In this document: piece after piece, positions 10,591 to 21,855 of the stretch
How positions within the stretch are numbered: position 1 is the stretch's first letter
Layout of the letters: every line of letters begins with the position of its first letter
Assembly: GCA_001179505.1 (NCBI GenBank)
Contig: CDMY01000776.1
Coordinates: forward strand, 1-21,855
Length of the DNA stretch: 21,855 nt
From: Vitrella brassicaformis CCMP3155
Lineage: Eukaryota > Protista > Chromerida
Direction: 5' to 3'
Made by a program: the position numbers and the translations under genes
Notes under the pieces: model-generated
What the model saw: the letters and a program-made list of their open reading frames with translations, nothing else
What the model was told of the DNA's origin: nothing
Database searches by the model: none

Positions 10591-10947
10591 GAGTTGTTCT
10601 GCGCTCGCTTTGGATGAGCTGCGAAATCTGTGAGTCAGACCCGTGCGTATTCAGCGAAGGCAGGTGGCTGGCTGGAAGCGAAAGGCATTACATGGCCCCG
10701 GGCAGCATTCACGGTGATTGACTGATTGACTATTGGCCAGGTGTCATATCAGAAAAGCGTGATTCTCTCGTCTTTTGAGACACTCCTGTAGAGTCACAAA
10801 ATTAAATCGAGAATCAGCTTGATAGTCTTCCTCTACAGGCAGAAAGACAGGAAATTACAACTATCATACACGTACCACGAGCAAAAGACAAGCAAATGAC
10901 ATGAATGCGATCAACGAGTGAGAAACACAAGCAAACGTGCAAAAGAC

Positions 10948-11726
10948 TCACCCCAGGCCCTCCACTCCCTCTTCCATGTATGCCATCTCCGCCGCATTGA
11001 GCTCCATTGCCGCCTGTGCGGCATAGAAGAGTGGCACCTCCTCTGCTGCCTGTGGGTCGTCCTCGAGGTCTCCGTCATGCTGATGCCCGGCCTGCCCCTC
11101 AGGCAGTGCGGGTGCGTCAGCAGCGGGCACAGCAGCGGCTTCAGCGGGCTGTGGGTGGGCGGCGGGCACAGCAGCACCTGCAGCGGGCTGTGGGTGAGCG
11201 AGAGGGACGAGCGGCTGGACGGGTCGAGTCGTGACCGAGGTGAAGAAGGCGCTGGGCCGACTCGGAGCGGGAGGGCGAACGGCCCCTCGTGGCTCTTGGA
11301 GGGGCGGATGACGACAATGGGCGGTGGGGACGGGTTGTGCTGGGCAAGGAAGCGGAACATCGACCCCTCCAGCGACCGAAAGACAGCATACATCTCTCGA
11401 AGTATGCGGTACAGGTCAGGCTGGTTGGACGATTCTGCGTCGTCGAGTGCGGCGTCCCACCCCTCGCCGAGCACACCACCCTCCATGCAGAAGCCGAGGC
11501 TGCCCACGGACGACACCCCGTATGTCTTCTTGTTGGGAATCGGGGTGCCTGTGAAGGGGTCGATGGTGGTCAACTGCCGACTGCGTGCAGGACCATCCTT
11601 GAACCCCTTCAGCGGCTTGCGGTGCTTCTGTGCTCTCTGTTGGTTGCGCGTCCGCTTGGCGGGAGGCCCTGTGATCTCCTCGCTGTCATTATCGCCCTCG
11701 TGGCCAACGGCATCCATGTCCATCAT
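10948..11726 (-). CDS. Hypothetical protein (acidic N-terminus, basic KRTR/KHRK patch, Ala/Pro-rich repeat, acidic tail)
   Basis: ATG at 11726 (MMDMDAVG...). Removing a 47-nt GT-AG intron at 11215-11261 joins the N-terminal frame to the AHPQPAAGAAVPA frame ending at TGA 10948-10950. A GTGAGT donor overlaps that stop, so an extra terminal exon is possible. No family recognised. Confidence 0.5.
11123..11200 (-). repeat. 2 x 39-nt coding tandem repeat (AHPQPAxxAAVPA)
   Basis: Units 11123-11161 and 11162-11200 match at 35 of 39 positions. Confidence 0.9.
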
Positions 11727-12931
11727 GAGGGTGTACACTGGAGTGTGGGGTGGTGGAGAGGGAGAGGGGAGGGGAGCTGGCGGACGCGGAGAGAGGCGGG
11801 GAGGCCTTCAGGCAGTGCAACGGGCCATCTGAACGGACATACACAACAGACAGACGACAGAAAGGTACAAATGTGTATACGTATGTGTACGTGTGTGGGT
11901 ATGTGTGCATTAATGTGTAGATGTCTTTTCCCCGCCGCCCTCGGCGTGTACCTGAACGAGGGAGCACAGATCAGGCTGCGATGTTGTGAAGAGAACGAGG
12001 CCGCCGACCCAAAGGAACCCGAGAACTAGGGCATTAAGTGTCTGCGGCAGATACAAAAATGGACGTAAGTCGCGCAGGTATGGGTCGTGAGCGGGTGATT
12101 CTTACATGATTCGACAGCTTATGCAGAGGCGGTTTGCATGACGTGACGGCAAGTGCCTCGGCTTTCTGCATCAAGAGAAACAGGAGGGTAAGTGATTGTC
12201 TCATAGAGAGTTCCCGTGTTTTCGTGTGTGTGATAGTGTCAGCTTTCCCTGCGTGTTGGTGCTCACCGTGTACGGCATTTGACGGTCGTCAGTGTGGTGT
12301 GGTAGGATCGGGGCAGGGGCCCTCGGATGGCCGTGAGGCTGATGGGTAAGTTCTCGGGAGATGCGGCTTGGCTGTTTCAGAGGTAAGATAGGGCCGGGCA
12401 GGGGTGGGACTTATGAACGGTTGAGAGTGGCTGTCGCTGGCTCTCGAATGGCCGGATCAGCTTGCACCCATGCGCCCTCTGTGTGACGCGGCGGATCTTC
12501 CCTTGTCAGTCGGGTTAGGGAGAATTCTCGATGGTGAGGGCGTGAGGGGATGCTGTGACCCCCATGTTGATCAGCACACCAAGCCGGTTCACATGGTATC
12601 AGTTTTGCCCTTCTCCGGTCGCTCGCTGTGGAGAAACAGTTTCTTAATGTCTTTTCTAGCCCGTTTCTCGACAGTGTGAGACTGCGGGCCAAAAATTTTG
12701 ACACTGCGTTGCAGCTCGTCTCAGACCGGTCCAGATGCGCACACACCCGAGCGGATCCACGAGACCCCCTATTCTTCCATAGGGGACGCCCCCATCCGAA
12801 TATTTCGCTTGGCAGCTCCACTGCAGGGTGGGTTACATGGCTGTACTAAGCTGTTGTAAGGCTGAGATGATCTAAAAAGCGTCAAAGACGACTCCACCCG
12901 TTCACAAAGGCATACACACAAAGTATTGCTG

Positions 12932-12950
12932 TATATATATATATATATAT
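12932..12950. repeat. (TA)n microsatellite
   Basis: tatatatatatatatatat. Confidence 0.95.
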
Positions 12951-13103
12951 TTTACGGCCGTCGTTATGATGCTTTCGGATCCCACTCTCGACTCCCAAGC
13001 CCAAATCGACCTCATGCATACATTGTTGGTTGGTTACACTAAACCGTACAGGAGCATGCATGCACTAAATAGCAGCATGCACATTGTTGAGAAACCAAAT
13101 AGG

Positions 13104-13880
13104 CTATAGCCGTGGTTCTACCTCTGCGGGCCGACACATCATTTCTCCAACACACATGCAGGAAAGCATGCAGGTTCTCAGCTCACATTTGGGGTCTTTC
13201 CACGGGACCAATTTTTCTCCTCTGTGAGGCTTTTTCGAGGTTGAAGAAGGCCGAGGACATCTCCGCCTCATCAGTCCGGTCCGGATGATGTGCGACTTGC
13301 AGTGAAACACCATGTGGAGCACCCCGGCTGCCCCATCGACCGCCGTTTCTGCGGGCAGCGTGACGTCGCAGGGGTAGGAAAAGCTTTCGACGGGAGAGGC
13401 TGCAGCAGTGCCTTCCGTCCAGCGACTCTGAGCAGTCCAGAGACGGATGGAAAGCGTCTTCGGTGAGGTAAAATGTAAGAAGGTGAGACGGGCGAAAGGA
13501 CGGGCACTCGGGGTCACATTGCACATGCATGGTGAAGCTCAGGCATGCTCTGGCCACTCCAGTACGTCTTCAAGCCAGTCTATGTCTTGCATGGGAAACG
13601 GCGGATGGGAGGGCCAGGGCCCTCTACCAATCTGTGCACACACGACACACACGGACACCGAGTATACAAGACAGACGCGTACACGCACCCCCACGACATA
13701 TACCTGGCGCACCACCTCCCCGGGCCCAGGGGAAGTATACAAGCTGGGCAGCCCTGCCGCCATCAGGGTGAAAACGAACTGGCCTTTATACGAAATCCAG
13801 GGGTAGCCAAGGGAAACCTTGGTGTGCCAAACATCCGCCGTGGTCCCTGCCTCGTTTTTGCAGGGCTGCTATATCGTTTC
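13104..13880 (-). CDS. Possible small spliced orphan gene
   Basis: Well-formed intron-like segments (gtatatgt...gtgtgcacag; gtactgg...ttacattttacctcaccgaag; a gtgagc donor near 13185) can join open frames. The start codon and reading frame are ambiguous and no family is recognised. Confidence 0.25.
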
Positions 13881-13915
13881 CATGGATGCATTTTCATGCG
13901 TTCATAGGAAACGCA

Positions 13916-13951
13916 AATGAATGAATGAATGAATGAATGAAGGAAGGAAGG
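13916..13951. repeat. Compound (AATG)n(AAGG)n microsatellite
   Basis: aatgaatgaatgaatgaatgaatgaaggaaggaagg. Confidence 0.9.
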
Positions 13952-14054
13952 CTTGTCACTCGGGCCCCCGAGTGGTCCTTCAGTTTCGCAGGGATGGTCG
14001 CTCGCCCCCCGAGTCTCGTTAAACACAACACAATAACCAACCAACCAGCCAGCC

Positions 14055-21661
<7,607 letters not shown>

Positions 21662-21755
21662 CGATAGTAGCATGCTTGTTAGCCTGTGGTGAGGAGAGGA
21701 CAGCAGAAAGATGGACCAGCACTCTGGAGAACGGGAGAATGGCGGTGTCGAGATG

Positions 21756-21777
21756 TCATTCATTCATTCATTCATTC
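21756..21777. repeat. (TCAT)n microsatellite
   Basis: tcattcattcattcattcattc. Confidence 0.9.
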
Positions 21778-21855
21778 GAGCGTCCTCATGAACACACCAG
21801 GCATTCATTCGGACGATGCAAGCAGCACTGCAGGACACCCTGCAATGACCAGGGC

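Noticed and set aside
10918-12029. 304-aa and 246-aa plus-strand ORFs antisense to the orphan gene
   Set aside because: Typical shadow ORFs in very GC-rich coding DNA; non-ATG starts and no protein-like features.
13200-13300. HHPDRTDEAEMSSAFFNLEKA resembling a DnaJ HPD motif
   Set aside because: No J-domain helix I/II pattern upstream, and the frame does not fit the best splice phase.
13700-13890. In-frame TGA before a CPAC motif on the minus strand (possible selenocysteine)
   Set aside because: No selenoprotein family pattern, no identifiable SECIS, and the frame closes soon after.

Overview
Eukaryotic, intron-dense (most introns 50-100 nt, GT-AG), moderately GC-rich genomic DNA. The style suggests a protist such as the chromerid Vitrella; this is inference, not verified. 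The ORF track is fragmented by introns, so I rebuilt the genes by hand. (1) 922-8113 minus strand: about 28 exons encoding a probably secreted protein: signal peptide, 6-blade Kelch propeller, unknown region, PKD-like, PA14-like (interrupted by an Asp-rich tract built from five symmetric microexons), IPT/TIG, glucose/sorbosone-dehydrogenase-like propeller, IPT/TIG. (2) About 8300-10730: a diverged tandem duplication of unknown coding status, each copy holding a 300-N gap flanked by poly-C. (3) 10948-11726 minus strand: orphan Ala/Pro-rich protein. (4) About 11800-13900: poorly resolved, with splice signals but no convincing product. (5) 14055-21661 plus strand: multi-exon gene encoding 3x nucleoside diphosphate kinase, a Dpy-30 motif, one intact adenylate/UMP-CMP kinase and four degenerate AK-like repeats, probably axonemal. 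I found no rRNA, tRNA, CRISPR array or recognisable transposon. All exon structures are manual predictions without transcript support.
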